From: an uncultured Gammaproteobacteria bacterium
Lineage (GTDB): Bacteria > Patescibacteriota > Patescibacteriia > JAHIZJ01
DNA length: 64,000 nucleotides
Assembly (NCBI GenBank): GCA_964371245.1
Contig: CAYJKP010000001.1
Location: forward strand, 315,042-379,041
Direction: 5' to 3'
The notes under the pieces are model-generated. The model was given only the letters and a program-made list of their open reading frames with translations, was not told the origin of the DNA and did not search any database. Positions 44,998 to 54,629 of this stretch are shown piece by piece; within the stretch, counting starts at the first letter, position 1; each line of letters opens with the position of its first letter. Position numbers and translations under genes: made by a program.

Positions 44998-45248
44998 TCC
45001 TTTCTGATGCAGACCCAGATGTTGATTTATGGAATGCGCAACCCCTCGAAATCCTGAGCCGATGAGTTTAGTTCAAAACAGGGCTTTTGTCAATGCCAGG
45101 ATGTGCACCAGTTATGCACCGAATTTTGCTAAGGTTTAACAAAAAACATGATTATGATATAAATCTTGGTAAGTCGTCAAAGGGCCTTTATTTTTCAGGC
45201 GCTATCTGATATGCTAGGGTGGACTTTAAAAAAACACGTTTCTTCAGT

Positions 45249-45322
45249 CGGGGTGTAGCGCAGTTGGCTAGCGCGCGTCGTTCGGGTCGACGAGGCCGAG
45301 GGTTCGAGTCCCTCCACCCCGA
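45249..45322 (+). tRNA. tRNA-Pro (anticodon CGG), CCA not encoded
   Basis: acceptor CGGGGTG/CACCCCG, D-arm GCGC-AGTTGGCTA-GCGC, anticodon stem CGTCG/CGACG with loop TTCGGGT, T-arm GAGGG-TTCGAGT-CCCTC. Confidence 0.8.
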
Positions 45323-45368
45323 CTGAGGAAAGGTGGAAAGTGATTGACACATAAACACTTATTTTCGC

Positions 45369-45791
45369 ATGAGCCAAATTTCCTTCTACGAAACTAAGTA
45401 TTATATGTTTTCAAATTTTTCAGCGCACGCGGTCGAGTACCGCGGCGATTTGTTTATGACGGCGGAACACGCCTACCAAGCGGCGAAATTCGACGACTTC
45501 GCTATAAAATCCGAAATACAAGCGGCCCGGAGCGCCTACGCGGCAAAAGAAATCGCCCGTCAGCATAGAAGTAAGCGTATCTCAAACTGGGATCAAAAAA
45601 AGGTTCAGATTATGGAAGAAATTATTCGGGCTAAATACCGTCAGCATGGCGACGTGCAGAAAGCATTAAAAGAATCGGGTAATGAAGAAATAATTGAAAA
45701 TTCTCCAATCGACTCATTCTGGGGCGCGGGCGCCGATGGTAATGGCAGAAACGAGCTAGGTAAAATATGGATGAAGCTGCGTCTAGAATAG
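45369..45791 (+). CDS. NADAR-domain protein (YbiA-like)
   Basis: FSNFSAH...TAEHAYQAAKF...SFWGAG...LGKIWMKLR blocks. Confidence 0.7.
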   Translation: MSQISFYETKYYMFSNFSAHAVEYRGDLFMTAEHAYQAAKFDDFAIKSEIQAARSAYAAKEIARQHRSKRISNWDQKKVQIMEEIIRAKYRQHGDVQKALKESGNEEIIENSPIDSFWGAGADGNGRNELGKIWMKLRLE

Positions 45792-45959
45792 TTGATGGGC
45801 TATAGCGATCTAACTGACCAGCTGAAATAAATTATTTCGAGTATCACCAAATGAGGCGTCTTATGTTTCGCCTCATTGACATTTTTATATGACTCGAATA
45901 AGATGCAGCTGTTGTGAAACGGCCTTCTGGCCTAGGGCAAAACCACAGGGAGGATACCT

Positions 45960-46334
45960 ATGCCACACCACGCCATCCCAGACGCGCCTGCCGGAACACT
46001 GACCCCCGTCGTCTTCAAGACCGAAGTCGTCGGAACAGTGGCCCGGCATTTCCCTCCGCGCCGGGACGTCTTGTCGGCCATCGTGGCCAAGGGGATGCAG
46101 ATCAGTCTGCGCGATACGTTGTGCAGTTTCATCCCCACGCATCCCAACGAGCCGATCTGTCGTACGGTCCTCGTTACGTCGCTTCAGATCGACGGCGTAC
46201 AGGTCGAGCGTGCGACGGAAGGTCAGGAGGTCGGAATCCTGACCGGAGGGCCGTTGTGGGTCGTCGGAAGCCCGGTGCTTCGACTCACTCGCCAGAGGAC
46301 AGAGCCGGGAAACGCACCGGGCTGCGCCGTCTGA
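45960..46334 (+). CDS. stand-alone EF-Tu domain-2-like beta-barrel protein, about 65% GC, hypothetical
   Basis: GGGAGG RBS 8 nt upstream; ...LQIDGVQVERATEGQEVGILTGG resembles EF-Tu domain II; followed by a terminator; overlapping antisense ORFs judged spurious. Confidence 0.4.
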   Translation: MPHHAIPDAPAGTLTPVVFKTEVVGTVARHFPPRRDVLSAIVAKGMQISLRDTLCSFIPTHPNEPICRTVLVTSLQIDGVQVERATEGQEVGILTGGPLWVVGSPVLRLTRQRTEPGNAPGCAV

Positions 46335-46383
46335 CGGTCGACCGCACGCTGCCGCGCTCATTCTTTGCTCGCCCCCTTCGTTC

Positions 46384-46405
46384 ACCCCACCCGTGTGGGG
46401 TTTTT
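46384..46405 (+). terminator. intrinsic terminator (CCCCAC-ccgt-GTGGGG, T5)
   Basis: 6-bp GC stem plus TTTTT. Confidence 0.65.
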
Positions 46406-46519
46406 CATTAACCCGGATAATGAAATTAGGGTCGTGTTTATATAAACATTGTCAGATATTATTTATTCTGCCATGATACTGATAGAGTCATTAATTGATT
46501 AAACCATAATATTATTAAT

Positions 46520-47431
46520 ATGGGCGAAAACAACCCGGGAGAATTTGAGTCGGATCGGGAACAGGAGCCGTCAGTCGAAAGCACAGTGGCGTTGCGTTTC
46601 ATGCGCCACGCGGAAAAAGAAAAGCTTGATATTCCCGATGATGATATTCCGCTCACTGTCCCTGGCAGAATGGATGCCTGGCGAAAAAGTATGCGGATGC
46701 ATGCAAAACCGGAAGTATCAGTAGCAGTCGGTAGTCCGAAGAAAAGGACGCGAGAGACATCAGCACACGTCATGCTGGGCAGTCGGGTGGCACCGGACGC
46801 TAGTTTGGAGGAAATGGAACGCGAGATTGCACGGTTTCTGAAAGTTGGGAAAAAGGTAATGGTCGACGAACGCTTAAACCTTGGTGCAGACGGCCCGGTG
46901 GGAATTGAGACGAACAAATCGTATGATGAGAATGCATATTTTCGATATTTAGCGGAGAAGAGCGATCTCCGGGCTGAAGAACTTCACGACCTTGAATCGG
47001 GTACGTTAAAGCGCTACGCGGGCAATGTGGCTGAGCTGATACAGCACTATCTCGAAATAAGCAACGCCTTTCATGGTGTGGTTGAGAAAGATAGCGAGAA
47101 ATACAAGAAATACAGCAACCGTCTTGAACGGTATCTCGGTACACACGTCGGCATCCAGGAAAGCTTTATTGTAAAAGTGCTTGAGACGCTGAGCCAGGAA
47201 ACGAAACGGAAAGCGTTTGTCGAAGCATACCCGAACGGCTTCAAAGAGTTACAGGGCATGAATATCGATATCACGACCCGGGGCCGCGAACGGACGATAT
47301 TTCTCTCATACGAAATACCCGATAAATCTGGCCACCCGAAAACGGAGAGAATAATGTTCGGCGCTGATGTTCTCGAACAGATCATCAAAGATCGTTACCA
47401 GTTTGAACAGGCAGTGGCAGAGAGAAAATAG
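46520..47431 (+). CDS. histidine phosphatase superfamily (PGAM-like) domain protein with C-terminal extension
   Basis: FMRHAEKE (RHG-like) and SPKKRTRETS motifs. Confidence 0.55.
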   Translation: MGENNPGEFESDREQEPSVESTVALRFMRHAEKEKLDIPDDDIPLTVPGRMDAWRKSMRMHAKPEVSVAVGSPKKRTRETSAHVMLGSRVAPDASLEEMEREIARFLKVGKKVMVDERLNLGADGPVGIETNKSYDENAYFRYLAEKSDLRAEELHDLESGTLKRYAGNVAELIQHYLEISNAFHGVVEKDSEKYKKYSNRLERYLGTHVGIQESFIVKVLETLSQETKRKAFVEAYPNGFKELQGMNIDITTRGRERTIFLSYEIPDKSGHPKTERIMFGADVLEQIIKDRYQFEQAVAERK

Positions 47432-47449
47432 TCGCGATACAATATAACC

Positions 47450-48331
47450 ATGAAGGCAAAAACAGCAAATGCAAAAGCGACCTGGTTGTTTTTTATCGCC
47501 CTGATTATATTTGGCGCGCTGGTTTGTTATTATGTCGTGAAAAGCAATTTTCAATCAGACGTGGCGGAGACAGAGGTTGCAAACAACTCAAACCCAGTTA
47601 ATACAAATTCAACTCCAACCGTGGCGAACACCAACAATCAGCTAAATAGCAATGTGCCAGTAAACTCTGAACCGCCGACCAATACCGATAATATAAATGC
47701 ACCAGCGCCAACGGAAATACCGGCGGGCGAGGAAATCGTCCGGATTGATACGAAGGAAAACATGGTCGTTTTTACGTTTGACGCTGGCAGCAGCGACGTC
47801 TCGCTGACAAAGATTCTTGAGGCGCTCGCCACGCATCAGCTCACCGGAACGTTTTTCATGACTGGCACGTGGGCGGAAAAATTTCCCGAGGGGGTGAAGC
47901 AAATCGCAGCCGCCGGACATGAAATATACAACCATACCTATTCACATCCGCATTTAACGCAACTTTCCGACGCCAAAATTCTCGAAGAGTTTTCGGAAAC
48001 CGAGCAGCTGGTGAAAAATCTAACCGGCAAAACCACCAAACCATATTTCCGAGCGCCCTACGGCGAACGAAACGACCATATTTTGGAAGTGGCGAGCCAA
48101 TCCGGGTATCAATCGGTCTATTGGTCGACGGACGCACTAGACTGGGAGGAAAGCACGGGCATGACCGCTGAAAAAGTACGCACGCGCGTCTTGGACAACC
48201 TCAAGCCCGGCGCGATATTCCTCATGCATGTGGGTGATACGATCACCGGCTCGATTCTTGATGGTTTGTTTGAATCAATCGAGCAGAAAGGCTATCAGAT
48301 CTCTTCGTTGGGCAATGCCACCGGCCAATAA
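47450..48331 (+). CDS. polysaccharide deacetylase (NodB domain) with N-terminal TM and N/T-rich linker
   Basis: FTFDAGS (TFDDG-like), HEIYNHTYSHPHL motif. Confidence 0.8.
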   Translation: MKAKTANAKATWLFFIALIIFGALVCYYVVKSNFQSDVAETEVANNSNPVNTNSTPTVANTNNQLNSNVPVNSEPPTNTDNINAPAPTEIPAGEEIVRIDTKENMVVFTFDAGSSDVSLTKILEALATHQLTGTFFMTGTWAEKFPEGVKQIAAAGHEIYNHTYSHPHLTQLSDAKILEEFSETEQLVKNLTGKTTKPYFRAPYGERNDHILEVASQSGYQSVYWSTDALDWEESTGMTAEKVRTRVLDNLKPGAIFLMHVGDTITGSILDGLFESIEQKGYQISSLGNATGQ

Positions 48332-48386
48332 CGGAAAAATGACTATTTCTTGACACTTTAGCCATTTTTTTTTATCCTAAAGAGAC

Positions 48387-49358
48387 ATGTCAGAACTTAT
48401 ACAGGTTAAGAATTTAACGAAGGAATTCAACGGTTTTTTGGCTGTTGATCACGTAAATTTCTCGGCCAAGGCCGGTGAAATATTCGGGTTGCTCGGACCG
48501 AACGGCGCCGGGAAAACGACCACCCTGCGTACGATCGCGACTGTGCTCGCGCCGACGTCGGGAACGGCCGTTGTTGCCGGGTATGACATCGTCAGCCAGC
48601 CCGAGGACGTCCGTCGCCATATCGGCATGTTAACGACCGACATCGGCGTGTATGAACGATTCAGCGGCCGGGAAAACCTCTATTATTTCGGCCAGCTCTA
48701 CGGTTTATCAGGCGAAAAATTGGAGCAGGCAGTGGCTGAGCTCGTGCAACTGCTCGACATGGCGGATTTCATCGATAAGCGAACGGGAAAATATTCCACC
48801 GGCATGAAGCAGAAGTTGGCCATCGCCCGCTCGGTGATCCATAATCCCGATGTCATGATTTTTGACGAGCCGACCGCCGGCCTTGACGTCTTAGCTTCCC
48901 AAACGGTCATTCGATTTATGAAAAAAGTCAGCGAACGGGGGAAGCTGGTCATTCTATCCACGCACGAGATGACGGATGCTGAGAAACTGTGCGATCGGGT
49001 GGCGATTATGCATCAGGGGAGAATCGTGACCGTCGATACGGTTGAAAATCTGAAGGCAAAAACCGGTACCCAGGATTTAGAGGAAACATTTGTAAAGCTC
49101 GTTCACGGTGACAATCATCGCCGTCCCGATGTTACTATTCTCCAGAAGAGCCGGGCGCCGAAAGTGAAGATGTCACCCTTGATGATGGCAATTTTATTAG
49201 AAGTCGTTTCCATCCTTCTTATCGGGATCGGCATTCTCGGCAATATGCAGAAATGGTTTAGTGTTGGCGTCGGGTATATTTTTATTATGGCCGGCCTTAT
49301 CCCGTCTTTCATTGCGCGGCGCCAATTAAGAAAAACGCGGCCGGGTCCACGAGTATAA
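48387..49358 (+). CDS. ABC transporter ATP-binding protein with C-terminal TM extension
   Basis: GLLGPNGAGKTTT, ...GMKQKLAIAR, IFDEPTAGLD. Confidence 0.9.
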   Translation: MSELIQVKNLTKEFNGFLAVDHVNFSAKAGEIFGLLGPNGAGKTTTLRTIATVLAPTSGTAVVAGYDIVSQPEDVRRHIGMLTTDIGVYERFSGRENLYYFGQLYGLSGEKLEQAVAELVQLLDMADFIDKRTGKYSTGMKQKLAIARSVIHNPDVMIFDEPTAGLDVLASQTVIRFMKKVSERGKLVILSTHEMTDAEKLCDRVAIMHQGRIVTVDTVENLKAKTGTQDLEETFVKLVHGDNHRRPDVTILQKSRAPKVKMSPLMMAILLEVVSILLIGIGILGNMQKWFSVGVGYIFIMAGLIPSFIARRQLRKTRPGPRV

Positions 49359-49379
49359 ACGCATAAAGAAATTATTGCC

Positions 49380-50609
49380 ATGAGTAGAGTAACCACTATT
49401 TGGAAAAAAGAACTTCGGGACGGCATCCGCGACCGGCGGACGCTCGTGTCAACGATTATTTTACCCATGCTCCTGATGCCGGGCATCATCATCGGGATGG
49501 GGAAGTTGGTTACCTGGCAAATATCCCAGGTTAAGGATCAGCCGGTGACGGTCGGGGTGGTTAACGCTTCGTCCGCGGCTGATTTCGTCTCGCAATTGCG
49601 CGCGACAAAAAATGTCGCTGTCACAGAAATGACCGGTGAAATACAACCTGAAGTGAAGAACAAAAAAGTTGATATAGCCATCGTCTTTCCGGCTTCGTTC
49701 CAAACAGCCATTGAAGCGGCACAGCCGGTTCAGCTTGAGGTCTATCAGAATTCATTGAATACGAAATCAACGACTGCGCTTACTCGGCTCACGACCGTGG
49801 CCGCACAGTACAATCAAACGCTCCTGCAAGCTCGGCTCGCCAAGGAAAGCATTAGCCCGCTTGTGCAAAACGGCGTCAGCCTAAAAACAACCGAGGTGGC
49901 GTCCGATCAGGAAATTGGCGGCTTCGGGCTGAGCTATCTCTTGCCGCTCTTCATTGTCATGTGGGCGGTCGTCGGCGGCCAAACGTCAGCCGTGGACATT
50001 TCAGCCGGTGAAAAAGAGCGAAAAACACTCGAATCGCTCCTGCTCACACCGGTCAGCCGTTTGCAGATCGTTTTTGGCAAATTCCTGGCCGTGGCCACCA
50101 TGGCGCTGTCCTCGGAGATCATCGCGCTTGGCAGTATGTATGCTGTTTTTGCGTTTGGCGGTGGCGACTTATTTACCGCCACAGCCAGTCAGTCGTCGGG
50201 CCTGGTGCAAACGTCGGCGGTCGGGGTGAATTTTACGCTCCAGCCGCAGGCCGTTATTCTCATGTTCCTGGTCAGCATCCTGCTGGTGATGCTTTTTTCT
50301 GCGCTTAATCTTTCTGTGGCAATATTCGCGAAAAGCTACAAAGAAGCCCAGAGCTATATTGGCCCGTCGTACCTCATCGTTATCTTGCCGGTGGTGTTAG
50401 TAAACATGTTGCCTGGTTTTCAGGCGAAGCTCGGTTTTTTCGCTATTCCGATCGTGAATGCCGTCTTATTGTTCAAAGAGGTGCTGGTAGGTGTCTATAA
50501 TACCAGTCACATCGTTATGACGATTGGAGTCATGATCGTCAGCGCGCTGATCACGATGTACATTGCCAGCCGGATTTACCGGAAAGAGGGAGTGTTGTTC
50601 AAGGATTAA
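49380..50609 (+). CDS. ABC-2 family permease (NatB-like)
   Basis: N-terminal TM, large extracytoplasmic loop, C-terminal 5 TM. Confidence 0.75.
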   Translation: MSRVTTIWKKELRDGIRDRRTLVSTIILPMLLMPGIIIGMGKLVTWQISQVKDQPVTVGVVNASSAADFVSQLRATKNVAVTEMTGEIQPEVKNKKVDIAIVFPASFQTAIEAAQPVQLEVYQNSLNTKSTTALTRLTTVAAQYNQTLLQARLAKESISPLVQNGVSLKTTEVASDQEIGGFGLSYLLPLFIVMWAVVGGQTSAVDISAGEKERKTLESLLLTPVSRLQIVFGKFLAVATMALSSEIIALGSMYAVFAFGGGDLFTATASQSSGLVQTSAVGVNFTLQPQAVILMFLVSILLVMLFSALNLSVAIFAKSYKEAQSYIGPSYLIVILPVVLVNMLPGFQAKLGFFAIPIVNAVLLFKEVLVGVYNTSHIVMTIGVMIVSALITMYIASRIYRKEGVLFKD

Positions 50610-50613
50610 ATAT

Positions 50614-51273
50614 ATGAGTAATTTTATTGATTACCAATGGCGAAAAGAATATCGAAAATGGCTAATAGGTATTGGCATAGTAGGAGTAATAATAATATTT
50701 TCTAGTGAATTTCTTGTTAATAAATTTTTACCTATCGGGAATATTACTATTAGTGAAAAGATATTAGGTTCAATATATTTTGTAACGGCTACAATAATAT
50801 TTTGGTACACTCGAGAAACATTCGATCTAAAAGTTATTCAACAAAAGGAACTAATCGAAATTAGAAAACAAACAGATTTTCAAATAACTCCATATTTACG
50901 AATACAATGGTCAAATAATAAAGACGAAATATTTCATATCATCAATGATGGCAAAGGGTTGGCTATCAATCTGCGTTTTTTACCATTTTCTCCAACTACA
51001 GAGCTTGTATTAAACATTAAACATCGTCCTGTAATATCTAGTGGTGGTTATACTATTGTTTCAACGGATGAATTATTTAGTAATATTAAACAGCCAAGCA
51101 TCATACAGGATACTAGTATATTAAAGGGACTAATATTGTCATACGTAAAAAATAGTTTTTCAATTGAAGCAACATATAAAGACATAATGAATAATCAGTA
51201 TAATGTCGTTTTCTGTTCGGATCCTACATATAACGATTTGTTTTATATAAATAGTCAAAAGAGGGTGTCATGA
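50614..51273 (+). CDS. hypothetical membrane-anchored protein, very low GC (about 28%)
   Basis: inner ATG immediately after the upstream stop; N-terminal TM helices. Confidence 0.45.
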   Translation: MSNFIDYQWRKEYRKWLIGIGIVGVIIIFSSEFLVNKFLPIGNITISEKILGSIYFVTATIIFWYTRETFDLKVIQQKELIEIRKQTDFQITPYLRIQWSNNKDEIFHIINDGKGLAINLRFLPFSPTTELVLNIKHRPVISSGGYTIVSTDELFSNIKQPSIIQDTSILKGLILSYVKNSFSIEATYKDIMNNQYNVVFCSDPTYNDLFYINSQKRVS

Positions 51274-51400
51274 GACTGTCATGCCGAACTTGTTTCGGCA
51301 TCTCTCACCGGTAAATAGCTTGTGCCGGAGAGAGATCCTGAAATAAATTCAGGATGACAACGAGGGGAGAGAAAGACGGTGGGGAGCGGATAGGGTATCA

Positions 51401-51703
51401 ATGGAAAGCCGGACGTATTATGTGTATATTCTTACAAACAAAAACGACAATGTGTTATACATAGGAATGACGAATGATTTACTACGGCGGGTTTACGAAC
51501 ACAAACAGGGGATATATAAAGGCTTCAGCCAGAGGTATCATTTAACAAAGCTCGTCTATTTTGAAGAAACGGATGACGTAACCGATGCAATCGGCAGGGA
51601 AAAACAACTGAAACTGTGGCATCGTGATTGGAAGATGAACCTTATTAAAAAGGAGAATCCTGAGCTGACGGACTTATCAAAGGACTGGTATGAAATTGCT
51701 TAA
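51401..51703 (+). CDS. GIY-YIG nuclease superfamily protein (YhbQ/UPF0213-like, about 100 aa)
   Basis: YYVYIL...LYIGMTNDLLRRVYEHKQG GIY-YIG motifs. Confidence 0.8.
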   Translation: MESRTYYVYILTNKNDNVLYIGMTNDLLRRVYEHKQGIYKGFSQRYHLTKLVYFEETDDVTDAIGREKQLKLWHRDWKMNLIKKENPELTDLSKDWYEIA

Positions 51704-52139
51704 AGGCGCAACCTTAAAATCAAATACTGATCGCGCCGTTGGTATCGTTAAGAACGGGAATTCAGTTCTCCTTTTCCATCGACGAAAGAAAGAGCGCGAG
51801 TATTTCTACTTTCCGGGCGGGGGAGTGGAGAAAGGCGAAACGCTGGAACAAGCGCTCTACCGAGAAATCCTTGAGGAGGTGAATCTGGAAGTACACGATT
51901 CACGGCATATTGTTTCCCTGCGAAACCGCGGTCGTCACGAACACTATTTCATCGTCGATCGTTTTGCTGGCCAGCCGGCGCTCGGACCGGAACAGCTGGA
52001 GAAGATCAGCCAAGAATCGTATATCGCTGTCGTCTGGAAGTCGCTGCAGGAAATATTTCAGCTCAACGTGTATCCGCCGGAAATATTACCCCATATTTAC
52101 CAATACGCACTTTCCATTGCGTCAACGTCTGACGATTGA
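51690..52139 (+). CDS. NUDIX hydrolase
   Basis: Nudix box GGGVEKGETLEQALYREILEEVNLEV. Confidence 0.8.
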   Translation: MKLLKGATLKSNTDRAVGIVKNGNSVLLFHRRKKEREYFYFPGGGVEKGETLEQALYREILEEVNLEVHDSRHIVSLRNRGRHEHYFIVDRFAGQPALGPEQLEKISQESYIAVVWKSLQEIFQLNVYPPEILPHIYQYALSIASTSDD

Positions 52140-53020
52140 TAACACATATGAACACAATCGAGGTAAAAGATTTGCGTAAACACTTCGGTTCGACCAAGGC
52201 TGTCGACGGCATCAGCTTTGACGTTCGCCAGGGGGAAATCTTCGGTTTCCTCGGGCCGAACGGCGCCGGTAAAACAACCACGATCCGATGCTTAATGGAC
52301 TTCATCCGGCCGACTTCGGGCAGCATCCAGTTGCTCGGCCAGGACAGCCAAGCGAACTCGGTTGAGCTGAAGCACCGAATCGGCTATCTCTCCGGTTACG
52401 TCCGGCTGTACGATAAATGGACCGGTTGGGAGCACATCAGATTTTTTCAAAAATTCAACAGCCGATCGGATTCGTCAGCGGAATTGATCAAGCGTCTGGA
52501 TTTTGACCCGACCCGAAAAGCCGGCCAGTTGTCGTCCGGCAATAAGCAGAAACTTGGCATTTTACTGGCGATAATGCACGATCCTAAATTGCTGATTCTC
52601 GATGAGCCGACGATTGGCCTGGATCCATTGCTTCAAAATGAGATCTACAAACTTCTGCGCGAACGCGTTCAAAAGGGTGCGACCGTGTTTTTCTCGTCGC
52701 ACAACCTGCCGGAGGTTGAAAAGATCTGCACCCGTGTCGGTATCATCCGGCAGGGGAAAATGGTGGCCGTGCAGAGCATCGACGAATTGAAAGAAAAGAA
52801 GGTCTATCGCATTCACGCGCACGCCGCCGGCGGGTTTGATCGATCACGATTTAATCTGTCGAACGTGTCATTTTTGGAATCACCAGCCAACGAATTAAGC
52901 CTCGAGGTGCGCGGCGACGTGACCGGAATTGTTCAGCTGCTGGGCAAATACCAGTTGTCCGACTTATCGATTGAACGCGCGCCCTTGGAGCAAATATTTC
53001 TTGAATATTATGAACAATAA
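52136..53020 (+). CDS. ABC transporter ATP-binding protein
   Basis: GFLGPNGAGKTTT, LSSGNKQKL, LILDEPT. Confidence 0.9.
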   Translation: MITHMNTIEVKDLRKHFGSTKAVDGISFDVRQGEIFGFLGPNGAGKTTTIRCLMDFIRPTSGSIQLLGQDSQANSVELKHRIGYLSGYVRLYDKWTGWEHIRFFQKFNSRSDSSAELIKRLDFDPTRKAGQLSSGNKQKLGILLAIMHDPKLLILDEPTIGLDPLLQNEIYKLLRERVQKGATVFFSSHNLPEVEKICTRVGIIRQGKMVAVQSIDELKEKKVYRIHAHAAGGFDRSRFNLSNVSFLESPANELSLEVRGDVTGIVQLLGKYQLSDLSIERAPLEQIFLEYYEQ

Positions 53021-53819
53021 TATGTGGCCAATTATCGTTCGGTTTCTCAAAGACAGACGCATATCGCTTCTGGTATATTGTTTGTCTGGCATCGCCTTTC
53101 TCGAAATGTATGTGGCAATCTATCCCAGTATATTTTCTCAGGCTGCGCGTTTTAACGAACTCTTCCAAAGCTACCCGCAAGAGTTTCTGAAGGCATTTGG
53201 CATTGATCGGCTGGACATGTCGACCTTGGAAAATTATATCGCCATGGAACATTTCAGCATGATTTGGCCGCTCATGATGATCATCTTGATGATTTCTATC
53301 GCGGGCGGGGCGTTGGCCGGTGAAATAGAGCGGGGAACGATCGAGCTTGTGCTGTCCCGTCCGATTTCCAGACTGAAGCTTTTTATCGGAAGATATATCT
53401 ATGGTTTTATTGCGCTCGTGATATTTATTCTGACAACGGTTTTTATGATCATTCCGTTGGCTGAACTGCATAACGTCACGTATGATGCCGGCCGATACTA
53501 CATGATAGCGGTCCTTGGCATCCTTTTCGGCCTGGCTGTTTTTTCGCTCGCCATGCTGGCCTCAGCCCTGTTCTCGGAAAAAGGACGGGTCTCTATGGTG
53601 ATGGGCGGTTTGCTCGTGCTCATGTACGTTTTAAACCTGGTGGCCGCGCTCAAAGAAAACCTGTCGGATCTGAAATATCTTTCGTTTTTCCATTACTTTG
53701 ACGCCCAGTCAGCGCTGACCAAAGGCGAACTGAACCTGACGTCGGTCTGGGTGTTTGCCGGGATCATTGTCGTGAGCACGATCGTTGGGGCAGTGGTGTG
53801 GAAGAGGCGGGATGTATAG
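53010..53819 (+). CDS. ABC-2 family permease
   Basis: 6-TM hydrophobic ORF overlapping the ATPase stop. Confidence 0.7.
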   Translation: MNNNMWPIIVRFLKDRRISLLVYCLSGIAFLEMYVAIYPSIFSQAARFNELFQSYPQEFLKAFGIDRLDMSTLENYIAMEHFSMIWPLMMIILMISIAGGALAGEIERGTIELVLSRPISRLKLFIGRYIYGFIALVIFILTTVFMIIPLAELHNVTYDAGRYYMIAVLGILFGLAVFSLAMLASALFSEKGRVSMVMGGLLVLMYVLNLVAALKENLSDLKYLSFFHYFDAQSALTKGELNLTSVWVFAGIIVVSTIVGAVVWKRRDV

Positions 53820-53877
53820 GAATATTATTTATTAATGAAGAACTAAGTGAAGTTTATTAATCAAGTTACGTAAACAT

Positions 53878-54624
53878 ATGCAAAGATCTGATTACAATTT
53901 TTTTCAACCAATTATATCGTTTCTCGGTCTTGTCATCTCGCTAGTGATTACAGTTTTACCAGTGTTTAATGTTAGTCAGTTAAAACAGGCCTTTCTTGAT
54001 CCAAAATTATCTACCCCAGTATCATTCTTTGCTTTTATTATAGGCATTATTATCATATGGCAGATTATGGAATTTCATTCTTATATTGAAATACGAATTG
54101 GGAAGAAAAAAATGATACATTCTAAGACTGGTGAAGAATATTTTTCCCCAAGAATTGTAATTACCCATAAACAAATAATATGGATATTAATCATTTTATC
54201 CATAATATCCTCATTCACTTTTATGTTTCTAAAAGAAATAAAAAATCCGGCTTTAATTGTTATCTACATACAATCATTTTTATATCTGGTATTTTTCCTT
54301 CTTCTAATTTCAATTTTTGGCCTTTTAATTGCCTGGACTAGAGGAAAATATAAATGGACAGAGGAAAAAGAGAATTTTCCTAATACCATATTTAATACAT
54401 TAGAAAAGTGTAGGCATATTAAGCCAGGTATAGAGATATATGAAAATATTACTGCGAATCCGGAAGAGCTAGAAAGAGAAGGAATCACGGGCGTTTTTGG
54501 AGCAAAAAGAATTAAAGTACGAACTACCGTACAGGAGGATAATATAATTGAGTTCTATGCAAGTGGCGACGGTAAAGAAATATTTAAAATAACAAAAAAA
54601 CATAAAATCGAAGAGGAAAAATAA
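53878..54624 (+). CDS. hypothetical polytopic membrane protein, very low GC (about 28%)
   Basis: hydrophobic ORF. Confidence 0.45.
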   Translation: MQRSDYNFFQPIISFLGLVISLVITVLPVFNVSQLKQAFLDPKLSTPVSFFAFIIGIIIIWQIMEFHSYIEIRIGKKKMIHSKTGEEYFSPRIVITHKQIIWILIILSIISSFTFMFLKEIKNPALIVIYIQSFLYLVFFLLLISIFGLLIAWTRGKYKWTEEKENFPNTIFNTLEKCRHIKPGIEIYENITANPEELEREGITGVFGAKRIKVRTTVQEDNIIEFYASGDGKEIFKITKKHKIEEEK

Positions 54625-54629
54625 TTTGT

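Noticed and set aside
45885-46411. Alternative overlapping ORFs 45885..46385 (-) and 45914..46411 (+) in the high-GC islet
   Set aside because: Only the 45960..46334 (+) frame has a GGGAGG RBS at correct spacing and is followed by a + strand terminator. The other two are GC-driven open frames.
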